Below, piece by piece: positions 63,559-64,000 of a DNA stretch of 64,000 bases; position 1 is the first letter of the stretch; each line of letters begins with the position of its first letter. The notes under the pieces are model-generated. The model had not been told where the DNA came from and did not search any database. It saw only the letters and a program-made list of their open reading frames with translations. The position numbers and the translations under genes are program-made. This stretch comes from a virus. The DNA lies in IMG/VR virus record IMGVR_UViG_3300008267_000018, positions 20,613-84,612 of that record; one strand, 5' to 3'.

Positions 63559-64000
63559 ATGTCCATTAAACTTGTCGAGGCGGCACGTTACTTCAAAGAG
63601 CAGCCGCACCAAATTGAAGCCTGGAATTGGCTCCAGACTCAGATTCCGTCTGAGACTCTGGAGTCTTTTGCTGTTAAATATCGCACTGCACCAACCCCAG
63701 CAGAAGCTTATCCCAACACCTGGGAAGGCGTCATGAAAGCAGGGAAAGATGCCGGAGCAAAATACCCGGAATGCGTTGCTGCTCAATGGGCACTTGAATC
63801 AAATTGGGGTAAAGACACTTCTGGTACCCATAATTACTACGGACTCAAGGGGTCTGGTACGACGGTCAATACTCAGGAATTTATTAACGGTCAATGGGTG
63901 ACAATCAAAGCTGGTTTTATTGATTTTCCAGATCTTTACACCTGCACCTGCTACTTAGTTGATCGTTGGTACAAAGACTACGGCACATATAAAGGTGTCA
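63559..64000 (+). CDS. GH73 glucosaminidase-domain lysin, truncated by the window end
   Basis: MSIKLVEAARYFKEQPHQIEAW... then VAAQWALESNWGK....HNYYGLKG......TQEF. Confidence 0.8.
   Translation, partial: MSIKLVEAARYFKEQPHQIEAWNWLQTQIPSETLESFAVKYRTAPTPAEAYPNTWEGVMKAGKDAGAKYPECVAAQWALESNWGKDTSGTHNYYGLKGSGTTVNTQEFINGQWVTIKAGFIDFPDLYTCTCYLVDRWYKDYGTYKGV

Overview
This window is part of a lytic cyanophage genome; the NblA-like genes and small-gene families point to a picocyanobacterial host. It has two divergent arms that meet in a mostly non-coding region at about 22.9-23.5 kb. The left arm (1-23.4 kb, almost all minus strand) holds early and replication genes: Gp157-like, SWIM-finger, DUF5895-like, SSB, T7-type family A DNA polymerase, gp88-like, ThyX, PcfJ-like, tRNA-Leu(UAA), many small paralogous ORFs and two HNH endonucleases. 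The right arm (23.5-64 kb, mostly plus strand) holds putative virion/ejection proteins, terminase, portal, scaffold, major capsid, four peptidoglycan hydrolases, NblA, dcd, a degenerate methyltransferase and tail fibres. Four signals stand out. (1) Three free-standing HNH cassettes sit inside the 3' end of a neighbouring gene and supply a synonymously recoded replacement C-terminus, leaving the original tail stranded on the far side. (2) At least nine covarying H-type RNA pseudoknots lie in the 5' leaders of left-arm genes. (3) One M23 peptidase is circularly permuted. (4) There are two divergent NblA-like genes and several long same-strand gene overlaps. All family assignments come from motif recognition by eye; no database searches were run.
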